NCBI GenBank assembly: GCA_050246755.1
Contig: JBFWVL010000001.1
Span: 1,632,001 to 1,696,000, forward strand
Reading direction: 5' to 3'
DNA: 64,000 bases
Source of the DNA: Bacteriovoracia bacterium
GTDB lineage: Bacteria; Bdellovibrionota; UBA1018; CAIPTA01
Below, piece after piece: positions 46,951 through 57,023 of the stretch. Within the stretch, counting starts at the first letter, position 1; each line of letters begins with the position of its first letter. The translations under genes were made by a program, and so were the position numbers. The notes below the pieces were generated by a model. That model had not been told where the DNA came from and searched no databases. It worked only from the letters and a program-made list of their open reading frames with translations.

Positions 46951-47811
46951 ATGATACGGGCAGCTCTACTCTTTATCCCTTTGTTGGTTTTCGCCCAAGC
47001 ACCGGCCTTCGTGCCGGACGAGGCGGGAGCCCTGGAAGTGCTGCGTCCCCTGGTAAAGACCATGGATAGGCCAATCACCACTTTCCACTGGGAAAAAGCT
47101 AATAGCGAGTTTTCCCGAAAATTCGATACTTCGAAACCAGAAGGTAATTTGGCGTTGGCGAGAGCGCAGACGGAAAGCTTTCTGAAGCTGAATACAAAAT
47201 ACGGTTTTTATCTCGCGACGGATCCCGCCACTTCGCGGCAGTATGGAGGCGCCGATCCACAAGGATACCGCCTTATGGTGGTAGAGTTACCCAGGGATTT
47301 CAGGTACCTCGACTTGCAATTAAATCTGGCGCTCCGTTTGAAGCTAAAACCGATTTTGGGAGAGCGGTGCGCTTTTGATTTCGTGAATCCTCTTTCGGCG
47401 GAGTTTGAGGAGGGCCCTTGCGCCGATATGAAACGAAAAATCTTTAAGGAGTTAAAAATTGCGGGCATTCGTTATGGTTTTGCGCAACCCAAGATCAGGG
47501 GCCTTTGCCCGGGCGAAGATCAGAGCGCTTTCATTCTCACGGATCCTAGTTGGCTACGTCCGGAATACCTAAAAACCTTTACCGCGGGCGACCGCGACGA
47601 ATTGGAGGCTCGGCGGCGGATCAATGAGATAGTAACGATCGCCTTGAAACCAGACAAGGTGAAGGCTTTGTGGGCCGATTTGCTAATGCCTACAAAGGTA
47701 AGCGACGAAACCAGGCGCTGGATGCGTGAAAATTTGCTGAACTGCCAGGCCGATGGGCCAAAGGGCGAAGACGCTGCGGAAGAGCATCCTGGCGGGGCGT
47801 CGGCGGAATGA
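46951..47811 (+). CDS. Secreted protein with putative ADP-ribosyltransferase-fold signature, paralogue 1
   Basis: Signal peptide; TFHW...GFYLATDP.TS.QYG...LMVVELP. Confidence 0.6.
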   Translation: MIRAALLFIPLLVFAQAPAFVPDEAGALEVLRPLVKTMDRPITTFHWEKANSEFSRKFDTSKPEGNLALARAQTESFLKLNTKYGFYLATDPATSRQYGGADPQGYRLMVVELPRDFRYLDLQLNLALRLKLKPILGERCAFDFVNPLSAEFEEGPCADMKRKIFKELKIAGIRYGFAQPKIRGLCPGEDQSAFILTDPSWLRPEYLKTFTAGDRDELEARRRINEIVTIALKPDKVKALWADLLMPTKVSDETRRWMRENLLNCQADGPKGEDAAEEHPGGASAE

Positions 47812-48686
47812 TAGCATTTTTATTTTTGTTATTAGCCCCCGTTATCGGCCTGGCCGCTTCCGACGAAGATCGTATCTACGAGGCGCTCCTGCCAAAAGTG
47901 CGCAGAGTAGATCGCGCCTTCACCGTGTTCCACTGGGAGAGGGCCGATTCGGAGTTTGCCCAAAAATTTAAGCCGGAGACCCCGAACGGATTGCTGGCGC
48001 TCACGCAGTCGGCCGCGAAGAGTTTTTTGGAGGAAGGCGCTAGCCGCGGCTTCTATGTGGCCACCGACCCGGTACTTTCTCGGTCTTTTGGCCGAGACAA
48101 TTGGCGCTTGGTCCAGATAGAGATTCCCGAGGGCTGGAGATACCTCGATATCACCGGATCAAATATGCTCGGCGAGTTGCAACGGACCGTACCGAATGCA
48201 CCGTGCTTGGCCTCGGTATTGGCTTCGAATAACTCGAAGAAGCTGCGAGAGCGGATGCCGGAGGGCTTCCAAAAAGAAAAGTGTACGCGTCTAAAGACCA
48301 ACGTGTTTCGCCGCCTCGGTGTTTCGGGAGTTCGTTATGCCTGGCTTAAGCCGCAACTAAATCGCTACTGCCGGAAAAGCGATCCAAGCGCCTTCATCAT
48401 CACGAATGGAAATTGGCTATCGAAAGAAAATATGAAGGCATATACGACGGATTCCAAGGGCTCCAACGAAGACCGAAAGGCAATCCAAGAGATGCTGCTA
48501 AGCGTACCGCCGCCGCCGATGTTCGCGGGCCAGGAGCCGGCCCCGCTATGGCAGGATCTTCCGCAGGAAGGACCCCTCACGCCGGAAACGAAGCGATGGA
48601 TGAAAGAGCGCTTGCTGAATTGTCAGGAGCGGCAGAGACAAGAGATAGAAGATCCTGGTTTCAATGAGGGCGCTTCCGCCCAATAA
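47808..48686 (+). CDS. Secreted protein with putative ADP-ribosyltransferase-fold signature, paralogue 2
   Basis: ATGA overlap; VFHW...GFYVATDP.LS.SFG...LVQIEIP; colinear with paralogue 1. Confidence 0.6.
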   Translation: MIAFLFLLLAPVIGLAASDEDRIYEALLPKVRRVDRAFTVFHWERADSEFAQKFKPETPNGLLALTQSAAKSFLEEGASRGFYVATDPVLSRSFGRDNWRLVQIEIPEGWRYLDITGSNMLGELQRTVPNAPCLASVLASNNSKKLRERMPEGFQKEKCTRLKTNVFRRLGVSGVRYAWLKPQLNRYCRKSDPSAFIITNGNWLSKENMKAYTTDSKGSNEDRKAIQEMLLSVPPPPMFAGQEPAPLWQDLPQEGPLTPETKRWMKERLLNCQERQRQEIEDPGFNEGASAQ

Positions 48687-49545
48687 CTTTTTCCCGTCCA
48701 AACGTCTGTATCGCGTGTAGCTGATTATGCGTAAAGCAACGTAAGCGCAGGTTCTCCACCGTGCTGGGACCCCCCATAGCGAAGGGAATAATGTGATCGA
48801 GTTCGAGGCGATAGCGTGAATGGCAAGCCCTTTTGCCGTCCGTGAATGTGCACTGGCCTTGGTCGCGAACCCAAACCGCGCGCCGCACGGCGGCCGGGAC
48901 ATGGCGCCCACGGGTAACTTTTACATCCGACGTCGGAGGTAAAGCCCGCGACGCCTGAGGGTCGGCCTTTGCTAGGGCACGCTCGGCCATCTTGGTCACT
49001 ACTTCCTGAAATGATTCGCACTTCCATAGCTCTTTGAGGCGAAGGAGGCTCTCCAGGAGATTTTCGTCCAACGGAATGCGTAGTTCTGAAATAGATTCGG
49101 TAACAGCGCGTAGACGCTCGCGGGGAACTTCGGGATTGGAGGAAAAGGAAAGCAGGATCCTTTCGCACTTTCGCGACGATTGGCTTTCGAGCTTGCTGAG
49201 AATCTCCAGCTTCTGGGTAGAGGAAGTTTTTTCTCTTCGGAAAAAACTATACGCTTGGCAAATAGCGCTGAGGCTCAGCACGCCCGCGGAAACTTTATCC
49301 TCTAGATGGGGAAATTCCGCAAGCAGTCGCGCACCGGCGATGCGGCGCTGGGCTTGCCCTTCTTGGTATCCAAGCACGCGCACGCAGTAATCGAATAGAG
49401 AAGAACAGGCGAGCGTGGCGTAAAGCCGGCGGGAGTCAATTTCCCGGAGGTGATGCAGAATGGAGATGGTTATTTCTCGCTCGCGTACGGCGAGTTCTTT
49501 GGTGCGGGCCAGGAGAGCATTGTCGGGGAGATGAATGAGTTCCAT
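48661..49545 (-). CDS. HNH endonuclease with long N-terminal helical domain (DUF222-like)
   Basis: RHVPA.VRR.VW.RD.G.C......C.....LELDHI.P...GG....NLR..C..HN. Confidence 0.88.
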   Translation of the reverse strand: MELIHLPDNALLARTKELAVREREITISILHHLREIDSRRLYATLACSSLFDYCVRVLGYQEGQAQRRIAGARLLAEFPHLEDKVSAGVLSLSAICQAYSFFRREKTSSTQKLEILSKLESQSSRKCERILLSFSSNPEVPRERLRAVTESISELRIPLDENLLESLLRLKELWKCESFQEVVTKMAERALAKADPQASRALPPTSDVKVTRGRHVPAAVRRAVWVRDQGQCTFTDGKRACHSRYRLELDHIIPFAMGGPSTVENLRLRCFTHNQLHAIQTFGREKVIGRKRPH

Positions 49546-49638
49546 AGCCCAGTAACTAATCAAGTCCAATGCCAGCGCACGACTTCGTAACTACCTTAAG
49601 CGTAAAGCTCTTCGGCTAACCGCGTTCGAAAGCCGAAC

Positions 49639-51210
49639 TTAGCTGTGGCGGGATTTTCGGATTTGCTCGGCCGCGCGCACGCCGGATTCCACGGCGCCTT
49701 CCATGTACCCAAAATAATAGGGTGCGGTTTGTTCGCCGGCCAATATCAGGCGGCCGCCGAGCTGGGCTTCGTCCGCGCAGCCCACGATCGTGGTAAATTG
49801 GCCCATGCTGGGAGAGCTATAGGAGCCGCCAATGAATTTATTGGCGGGCCAGTTCTTCACGGCCACGCGGCCGTTGAATGCGGCGAGGGTGCCCGGAAAG
49901 ATTTTTTCGATATCGCCCGTTACTTGGGCGAGGTGGCCCAGACCGAGGTCCACGGCGCGCTGGCTCGGGGAATACGAAGTGAGGATTCCTTCGGTGCCCG
50001 ATTCCATGCGGCTGGCTTCCCAGGTATTGAGGGCGAAGAGATCGGAAATGGCCATGCCTGTAGCTTGGGAAGGGGCTTCGCGCCAAACGCGGCGGTTATA
50101 GCCCACGAGCATCTTGGAGTTTTTGCCGTACTGGAGCTCGCGCACGGCCCTCATCACGCGGGGATCGATCGCGAGGGCAGAATCGGCGAAGCCTTCCACT
50201 TGGCGGAGGGTGGTGAAGGGGGCGGCCAGGATCACTTGGGCGAAGGAGAATTTCTTCGCGCGCCCGGCATTCTCGAAGGTGAGCTCGATTTTATTGCCTT
50301 TTTCGCTCACGCGCAGGAGCTGATGATCGAATGCCACGGCCGAATGGCCGCCGATCGCCTCGAAGGCGGCGTTCATGAGGCGGGAGTTTCCGCCTTTGAT
50401 GCGGCTGGTTTCGTCGCTCGAGCCGAAGAGGCGGAACTCTTCGGGCGAAGTGCCGGTGAAATAAGAGAAGAGCAGCAGAACGGACTGGGAGTCGGCGGGT
50501 ACGCCGCTGTCGGATTCGTAGCCGATTTTTACGATTTCCTTGAACCAGGTTTCGAGCTCGGGAATGGAATCAAGGTATTCGGCCAGGCTCATGCGGTCGA
50601 ATTTGGCGGCCGCGGCGGCGTAAGGGCATTTCCAGGTGATGGGCAGCTGCTCGGCATTGCCGTAGATCAGGCTGTTGTCGCGCACTACCGCGCGGAGCAG
50701 CGGCTCGGAGGCGGCCACGATCTCGGCTTCGCTATAGATGCGGCCGTTGAAGTAAAACGTATCTCGGAGATTGGTTTGGTCGGCGTCGGGAAAATCTTCC
50801 ACCTCCACGCCTAGCTGCTTGGCGAACGCACGGATCGAATGATGATCGGTATTGATCATTTCTCCGCCGAGCTCGCCGTACTGGTTTTGGCCCGCGAAGG
50901 TGCTGAAATCGGTGAGAATGCGGCCGCCGATTCGGTTGCTACCTTCGAAGAGCTTGAAGGGGATGCCGTGGCGGTGGAGCTGGTAGGCGGCGGCCAGGCC
51001 CGCGGCACCGGCGCCTACGATGGCCACTTTATCGAGGGTATTGGAATCGAGCATAGCGCTTAAGGGACGCAGAGGCCCCGAGGCCAAGGCCGCGGCGGCG
51101 AGCGTGGTATTCTGAATAAATTTTCGGCGCGAAGGGTCGAAGCCCTCTTGGCTGGCGAGCTGGCGTGCAAAAAGCTGGTGGAGTCGCTGGCTAAACGGGC
51201 TGCGTGGCAT
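49639..51210 (-). CDS. Flavin monoamine oxidase family protein with Tat-like motif
   Basis: SRRKFI, GAG.AGL.AA, E...R.GGR, AGE.T...GYMEGA.ESG. Confidence 0.92.
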   Translation of the reverse strand: MPRSPFSQRLHQLFARQLASQEGFDPSRRKFIQNTTLAAAALASGPLRPLSAMLDSNTLDKVAIVGAGAAGLAAAYQLHRHGIPFKLFEGSNRIGGRILTDFSTFAGQNQYGELGGEMINTDHHSIRAFAKQLGVEVEDFPDADQTNLRDTFYFNGRIYSEAEIVAASEPLLRAVVRDNSLIYGNAEQLPITWKCPYAAAAAKFDRMSLAEYLDSIPELETWFKEIVKIGYESDSGVPADSQSVLLLFSYFTGTSPEEFRLFGSSDETSRIKGGNSRLMNAAFEAIGGHSAVAFDHQLLRVSEKGNKIELTFENAGRAKKFSFAQVILAAPFTTLRQVEGFADSALAIDPRVMRAVRELQYGKNSKMLVGYNRRVWREAPSQATGMAISDLFALNTWEASRMESGTEGILTSYSPSQRAVDLGLGHLAQVTGDIEKIFPGTLAAFNGRVAVKNWPANKFIGGSYSSPSMGQFTTIVGCADEAQLGGRLILAGEQTAPYYFGYMEGAVESGVRAAEQIRKSRHS

Positions 51211-51317
51211 TGTTTTCGTTTTACTATGCGCCGCCCTGAATGCAATCGCTTTTCACGCCCAAAAAAATTTTCCAAAAGCACGGATTTTTTGGGCGTGCGC
51301 GGGCCGTCATGAAAAAT

Positions 51318-51347
51318 AAAAAAGCCCGCCGGTTTTCCGACGGGCTT
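51318..51347 (-). terminator. Intrinsic terminator after the sigma54 activator gene
   Basis: Minus strand AAGCCCGTCGG-AAAA-CCGGCGGGCTTTTTT. Confidence 0.85.
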
Positions 51348-51364
51348 CCATCTCAAGCAATCTT

Positions 51365-52957
51365 TTAGGCGGCTTTGAGTGCTTCGTCGGCACCGGCCAC
51401 ATGGTCACGATATTCCTCGGCATGCAGGCCATGCTTTTTGAGGAGACGGCAGAGATTTGGGCGGCTCACCTTCATGAAGCGCGAGAGAGCCGAAACGTTG
51501 CCGTGGTAGTGCGAGAGCTGCTGCTGCAAATATTCTTTTTCCATATTTTGCATGTAGCTCTTTTTCCACGCGTGGTAGGGCATTCCCGCCGGCGCCGAAA
51601 CCGGCTGAATCGGTACTACGGCTCCCCCGCCATCACCGCTGGAAGCCAGCGATAATGCGGGCTTTCCGGCAGCGGGGCGAATCGCGGTTACGGTTCCACC
51701 TACGCCGAGGGCAGTGGCCACTGCTTCTTGCGTAACTACGGGGCCGGTGGTGAGCATTGCGGCCCGTTGGATCACGGAACGCAACTCACGGAGGTTACCG
51801 GGGTAGTCGTGGCTGGCAAGGAGCGGAAAGCAATCCGAAAGGAACTCACGCGGAGCCTTTGGAAAGCCCTTTGTTACCTGGGCCAGCAAGGCTTTGGCGT
51901 AGAAGGGCAGATCGTCCATGCGTTCCCGGAGGGAAGGTAGCTGAACCTGCACGGTATTGAGGCGATAGAAGAGATCCTCGCGGAAGCTCTTCTCGGCCAC
52001 GGCCCGGCGAAGGTCCTTATTGGTGGCGGCCACCACGCGCACGTCCACTTTCAGTTCTTCTGATCCACCCACGCGGCGGAAAGCTTTTTCCTGGAGAGCG
52101 CGAAGCAGCTTGGTTTGCATGGGCAAAGGAAGTTCGCCGATTTCGTCCAAGAAAAGAGTTCCGCCGTCCGCTAGCTCAAATACGCCCATTTTACGGGCAT
52201 TTGCGCCGGTGAAGGCTCCCTTCTCGTGACCGAAGAGCTCGCTCTCGATCAAGGTTTCGGGAAGTGCACCACAGTTTACTGGCACCCAAGGACCCTTCGC
52301 TCGCGTGCTCAGCTCGTGAACGAGCCGGGCGGCGACCTCTTTCCCTGATCCAGAGGGGCCAGTAATCAAGATGCCCACGTCGGAGCCGAGCGGGCTCTTC
52401 GTCAGCTGGCCGATGGTTTCCTTCACGGACTTCATCGACTCGGACTTACCCAGCATATCCAGGGAATATTCCGATTTGGGGCCTTCGTGCTGGATGCGGT
52501 GAACCAGTTCGGTGCGGGCTTCTAAGCGCTCTTTTAATTTGTCGTTGGCTACCGCCAGATCTGCGGTGAGTTTGTTGTTTTCTTTCGCCATTTTACCGTG
52601 GTTGATCGCGGCGTCGAGGCGGTGGTTGAAATCGTCCATATCGAAGGGCTTTTCGAGATAGTCGAAGGCGCCCATGCGCAGGGATTCGATCGCCGCGCTC
52701 TTTTCACCGTGGCCGGTGATGAAGATGATGGGGGGGCAGTTCGCATTTTTCGCTTTCAGCTGTTCCCACATCTGGAAGCCGGTCATTTTCGGCATTTTGA
52801 TGTCGGAAATAATCACGTCGGGCTGGAACACGTTGAAGACGTCGCAAGCGCGATACCCGTCCTCCACGCAAACCACTTCGTGTCCCTTGCGTTGAATGCT
52901 CCCGGTGAGGAGTTTGCGGATAGTATCTTCGTCATCCACTACGAGTATTTTGGCCAT
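51365..52957 (-). CDS. sigma54-dependent response regulator (NtrC/AtoC type)
   Basis: REC domain, [32 protein letters not shown]-terminal HTH. Confidence 0.97.
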   Translation of the reverse strand: MAKILVVDDEDTIRKLLTGSIQRKGHEVVCVEDGYRACDVFNVFQPDVIISDIKMPKMTGFQMWEQLKAKNANCPPIIFITGHGEKSAAIESLRMGAFDYLEKPFDMDDFNHRLDAAINHGKMAKENNKLTADLAVANDKLKERLEARTELVHRIQHEGPKSEYSLDMLGKSESMKSVKETIGQLTKSPLGSDVGILITGPSGSGKEVAARLVHELSTRAKGPWVPVNCGALPETLIESELFGHEKGAFTGANARKMGVFELADGGTLFLDEIGELPLPMQTKLLRALQEKAFRRVGGSEELKVDVRVVAATNKDLRRAVAEKSFREDLFYRLNTVQVQLPSLRERMDDLPFYAKALLAQVTKGFPKAPREFLSDCFPLLASHDYPGNLRELRSVIQRAAMLTTGPVVTQEAVATALGVGGTVTAIRPAAGKPALSLASSGDGGGAVVPIQPVSAPAGMPYHAWKKSYMQNMEKEYLQQQLSHYHGNVSALSRFMKVSRPNLCRLLKKHGLHAEEYRDHVAGADEALKAA

Positions 52958-52960
52958 AGG

Positions 52961-54250
52961 TTATTGCCCTTCCTTTGTTACAGAGTTGCTAGTTTCGGTT
53001 GAATGTAAGCTGCGATAGTCGAGCGGCAGCGTGAGCAAAAAGGCGGTGCCTTTGCCGGGAGTGCTTTCGATCATCATGGTGCCGTTGATCTTGGAAAGAA
53101 TGCCGTAGGAGACGGAAAGGCCTAGGCCGGTGCCTTTACCCACTTCCTTAGTAGTATAGAAAGGCTCCATCGCGCGGTTCTTGGTCTCAGAGCTCATGCC
53201 CACGCCATCGTCGCGGAAGAGGATTTCCACGAAGCGCTTGGGATCATCGGCTTTGAGGCGGGCTTCGATCTGAATTTTTCCGCTGCTGCGGCCGGTGGCC
53301 TCGATGGCGTCGCGCGCGTTCGTGGCGAGGTTGATGAAAACCTGCTCGAGCTGGAAAGGATTGCAGTAAACGGTGGGCAGATCTGTGAAGGGAGTGATTT
53401 CCACTTCGATGCCGCGGCTCTTGAATTGCTGATCAAGGAGATTGAGGGATTCATCCACCACCTGGGCGAGCGAGACATTCTGAAAATCTTCCACGCTTTT
53501 ACGCGTGAACTCGCGCAGCTGCTGGATGATTTTCTTCATGCGCAAGGAATTTTTCGAGATCTCGTTGGCGTAGTCCACGCAAGTGGCGTCCGCTTTTTGA
53601 GCGCTGAGCATGCGGAAGAGTTCCTGGCTGAACCCCATGATGCCTGAAAGCGGCTGATTCAATTCATGGGCCACGCCGGCGGCTAATTCCCCGAGGGCGG
53701 CTAATTTTCCGGCTTGCACTAACGCTTCCTGGGCAGACTTCAATTCCATGTGGGCGCGCTCAAGCTCTTCGTAGGCAGACCGGAGCTCCCAGTGTTTGGC
53801 GAGGAGATCGCGCTCCATCGATTTTTTTTCGCCCATATCGTGGAGAATGCAAAAGGCTAGATTGAGCCCACCGGTTTGTTCGGCGGAGAGGGTTTTTACG
53901 GAAAGCGTGGCGAAGGCGAGGTAGCCGTCTTTCTTGGCGAGGGCCATGTCTTCATAAAAGCCGCTGTGGCTCAGCATATCTTTGGAGAACAGGGCGGAAC
54001 GCACTTTATGCTCGCCTTCGTTCGGAAAAAGCTTTTCGGCGCCCTGAGCTTCGAGCTCTATCGCCACGAAGCCGGTGAGGTCCTGAAGGCGGCGGTTGGC
54101 CGAGAGAATTTTTCCGGAATCCCGGTCCACGAGCAAGATAGCATCGTTCGCTTCCGCGAAGAGCATCTCGTAGAACTCCACGGGGGCGGCCGCGTGGGTT
54201 TCGGGAACCGCGCGGAGCTTGGTTTGTTTGATCTTCTTGGCGGCACTCAT
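52961..54250 (-). CDS. PAS sensor histidine kinase
   Basis: PAS, AHELNQPL, N...NARDA, FYTTK..GKGTGLGL; ATGA overlap with the HDOD gene. Confidence 0.95.
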   Translation of the reverse strand: MSAAKKIKQTKLRAVPETHAAAPVEFYEMLFAEANDAILLVDRDSGKILSANRRLQDLTGFVAIELEAQGAEKLFPNEGEHKVRSALFSKDMLSHSGFYEDMALAKKDGYLAFATLSVKTLSAEQTGGLNLAFCILHDMGEKKSMERDLLAKHWELRSAYEELERAHMELKSAQEALVQAGKLAALGELAAGVAHELNQPLSGIMGFSQELFRMLSAQKADATCVDYANEISKNSLRMKKIIQQLREFTRKSVEDFQNVSLAQVVDESLNLLDQQFKSRGIEVEITPFTDLPTVYCNPFQLEQVFINLATNARDAIEATGRSSGKIQIEARLKADDPKRFVEILFRDDGVGMSSETKNRAMEPFYTTKEVGKGTGLGLSVSYGILSKINGTMMIESTPGKGTAFLLTLPLDYRSLHSTETSNSVTKEGQ

Positions 54251-55140
54251 GCGGCGCTCCCCAGGAAGGCGGCGGCGTTGTCCACTTCCTTCTTGATGCG
54301 TTCGGTGATCGGAGCCACGTCTTCGGGGGTTAGGCCGAGGGGCAATAATAGTTCGGGCGTGATCTCGCCCCCGGAGGCATTGCCGGAGTAGCCGATATTT
54401 TCTTTCACCACGATCTGGTTGGCGAGGGCCACGATCTGCACCGCGGGTTTGATCGAATCGAGCATGGTTTCCATTTTGGAAACGTCCACGTGGTGGTAGC
54501 GGATGCTCATGCGGATCACCATGGGCAGGCGCCATTTGTCGGCGATGTATTCGCCGAGATAGCCGTGGGAGGGGATATCGAGGCGGCGCTCGGCTTCGAA
54601 GAAGGAAATTTTTTCTTTTTCGGTGAGCGTGATCAGCTTCAGGAATTCGGTGGGCGCAACTTTGAGCAGTACGATCTTGCCGATGTCGTGGAGCAGGCCG
54701 CAAGTGAAGCACTCTTCGGGCTTAGGGTAGCCGATTTTCTTGGCGATAATTTCGCTGGCCACGGCGGTGCCGAGGGCGTGCTGCCAGAACTGGCGCATGG
54801 AAAATTTTGCGTCTTTATTTCCGGAGAACGCGGTGATCACCGAAACGGAAAGAACCAGCTGCGCGAGGGTATTGAAGCCAAGGTAGGCGAGGGCGCGCTT
54901 CACGTCGGTTACTTCGCCGGGAATCGAGTAGTAAGGCGAGTTGATGAGCTTCAGGACCTTTGCGGTGAGCACCTGATCTTTTTTCAAAACTTCGGCGATC
55001 TCGGCGGAGCTCGAGTTTGGATTATTGATTAGCTCCGTAACCTTGGTGGCCACGGCGGGAAGGGTGGGAATATCGTTGAGCTTCTCGAGGATGGGTTTCC
55101 AGTGCTCAATTCTTTCCTGATCGTTGGTATGGTTGCTCAT
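54247..55140 (-). CDS. HDOD domain protein
   Basis: PTLP, D..LTAKVL.L.NS.YY, FWQH, GLLHDIGK, W.LP, HH. Confidence 0.96.
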   Translation of the reverse strand: MSNHTNDQERIEHWKPILEKLNDIPTLPAVATKVTELINNPNSSSAEIAEVLKKDQVLTAKVLKLINSPYYSIPGEVTDVKRALAYLGFNTLAQLVLSVSVITAFSGNKDAKFSMRQFWQHALGTAVASEIIAKKIGYPKPEECFTCGLLHDIGKIVLLKVAPTEFLKLITLTEKEKISFFEAERRLDIPSHGYLGEYIADKWRLPMVIRMSIRYHHVDVSKMETMLDSIKPAVQIVALANQIVVKENIGYSGNASGGEITPELLLPLGLTPEDVAPITERIKKEVDNAAAFLGSAA

Positions 55141-55149
55141 GGCAAGTAT

Positions 55150-55177
55150 GTATCGGCCAAGAGACGGGTTCTATTGA
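55150..55177 (-). promoter_or_regulatory. sigma28/FliA-type promoter for the HDOD-HK-RR operon
   Basis: TCAA-N16-GCCGATAC, 9 nt before the ATG. Confidence 0.65.
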
Positions 55178-55300
55178 GCTACAACTGGAATTTTCGGATC
55201 TTGGCCTAACTGGCTGAAATAATTAATTATAATCTATATAGGAAAGCGTGTTTTTCTCACGCGGCGTAGCAGTCGGGATGGCCGCTAGGCCGAGAGACGT

Positions 55301-56998
55301 TTAGGTAACGACTTCGCCGGGATCCGCGGCGCCGAGGCGATCCAAGGCCCGGCGGGCTAGCTCCTGCCCGGATTCGAACTCTTCCCAAACGATGTCGTCC
55401 GCTCCGAGCGCCAGGAGGCGATCGCGATCGCTCATATACTTCACGCGGCAAACGATGGGCAACTCTGGTCGCATGCGTTTCACTTTTTTCACCAAAGATT
55501 GCATGGCCAGGGGATCGGGAATCGTCACGATCAAGAGAGAGGCCGTATTTAGCCCGGCCGCTTCGAGCACGATCGAAGAGGAGGAGTCGCCGTAGACCGC
55601 GGGCTGCTTCTGCGATTTGAGCGACTGGATCATTTTATAGTTCAGGTCCACCACCGCCACGGGAATGCCCACGCCGTGCAGCTTCTTGGCCACGATGGCG
55701 CCCGTGGGGCCATAGCCGCAAAGGATTACGTGGTTCTCGAGGGAAAACCCGTGCCCGTCGTTTTCCTCTTCTCCCATTTTCGGCTCATGGCGCTGCACTT
55801 CGCGGGCGATCCAATCAATGCGGTTCATGAACGCGAAACCTTTTTTCACGCGTGGGTAAAGCTTGAGCAGGTAAGGCGTGGCGATGATCGAGAGAATCGA
55901 AATTCCCAAGAGGCGCTGGTAAGAGCCTTCGGTGAGGATCCCGAGCTTCTTGGCCTCCACGAGGATGAGGAAGCCGAATTCCCCGATCTGCGAAAGGGCG
56001 AGCGCCACGAAAACAGTTACCTTTGAAGGATAACGGAAGAGGAAGCAGACGATGAGGATCACGAAAAATTTCGCGATCATGATCAGGGCCAGACCCACCG
56101 TAAAGAGGGGCCAGCGGTCTACGAGGTAGGAAAAATTCAGGAGCATGCCCACGCTCACGAAAAAGACGGCGCTGAAAGAATCTTTGAGCGGAAGGATCTC
56201 GCTCGCGGCCTGATTGCTGAAATCGCTTTCGCTAAGCACGAGGCCAGCCAGAAAAGCACCGAGCGCGAGACTAAGGCCCACCTGATGCGTGATGGCGGCG
56301 ATGCCAAGGGTGAAGCTCAGCACGGAAAGGGAGAATAATTCCTTCGAGCGGGTTTGCGCGATGAAACGCAGCAGGCGGGGAACGAGAAAGCCGCCTACCA
56401 CGTAGATCACGAGCAGAAAGCCACCCAGCCGCGCCAGGATAAGCACGAGCTCCTTCATCTGGGCGGCGCCGCTCGAGTTGGCTCCCGAAGCCAGAATCGG
56501 CAGGAATACCAAAATGGGGATCGAGATAACGTCTTGGAAGAGGAGAAGGCCGGTGGAGATATTTCCGTGCGTGGATCCCACTTCGCCCCGTTCGGCCAAA
56601 AGTTTCAGCACCACCACCGTGGAAGAAAGCCCGGTGGTAAGGCCCCAGACCGCGGCTTCTGCGCCGGACCAGTGAAATACCGGTGCGCAGGCCACGCAGA
56701 TCGCGGTGGTGATCGCCAAGATCAGCAACCCGCCGAGGATGGAAATGTATTTCACGCGCAAGAGCTGCGCGATCGAGAGCTCCACTCCGATCGTGAACAT
56801 GAGCAGCCCGATGCCGATTTCGGCGAGCAGCTCCACGTTTTCATAGGGGACCAGCTTGAGCCCATGAGGGCCGATCAGCATCCCGGCCAGGAGGTAGCCG
56901 ATGAGGTTGGGCTGACGCAAGCGCGCGAGGATACTCGCGCTCACGAGCGCGGCGGCGAAAACGAAGAAAATAGAAATGAGCGGCGAACCGTAGTGCAT
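55301..56998 (-). CDS. CPA2 cation:proton antiporter with TrkA-N domain (KefB/YbaL-like)
   Basis: GYLLAG..IGP, LSST, FQD, LGAFLAG, GEF, CGYG..G. Confidence 0.95.
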   Translation of the reverse strand: MHYGSPLISIFFVFAAALVSASILARLRQPNLIGYLLAGMLIGPHGLKLVPYENVELLAEIGIGLLMFTIGVELSIAQLLRVKYISILGGLLILAITTAICVACAPVFHWSGAEAAVWGLTTGLSSTVVVLKLLAERGEVGSTHGNISTGLLLFQDVISIPILVFLPILASGANSSGAAQMKELVLILARLGGFLLVIYVVGGFLVPRLLRFIAQTRSKELFSLSVLSFTLGIAAITHQVGLSLALGAFLAGLVLSESDFSNQAASEILPLKDSFSAVFFVSVGMLLNFSYLVDRWPLFTVGLALIMIAKFFVILIVCFLFRYPSKVTVFVALALSQIGEFGFLILVEAKKLGILTEGSYQRLLGISILSIIATPYLLKLYPRVKKGFAFMNRIDWIAREVQRHEPKMGEEENDGHGFSLENHVILCGYGPTGAIVAKKLHGVGIPVAVVDLNYKMIQSLKSQKQPAVYGDSSSSIVLEAAGLNTASLLIVTIPDPLAMQSLVKKVKRMRPELPIVCRVKYMSDRDRLLALGADDIVWEEFESGQELARRALDRLGAADPGEVVT

Positions 56999-57023
56999 TC
57001 AGGGGCTTTCTGCGCCCCTGGAT

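Noticed and set aside
49645-50814. Long antisense ORFs (also 41875-42741 and 61147-62160)
   Set aside because: Typical GC-rich shadow ORFs opposite well-supported genes, with no motifs
54251-54712. Arg/His-rich extension of the histidine kinase ORF
   Set aside because: Alternate frame of the HDOD gene
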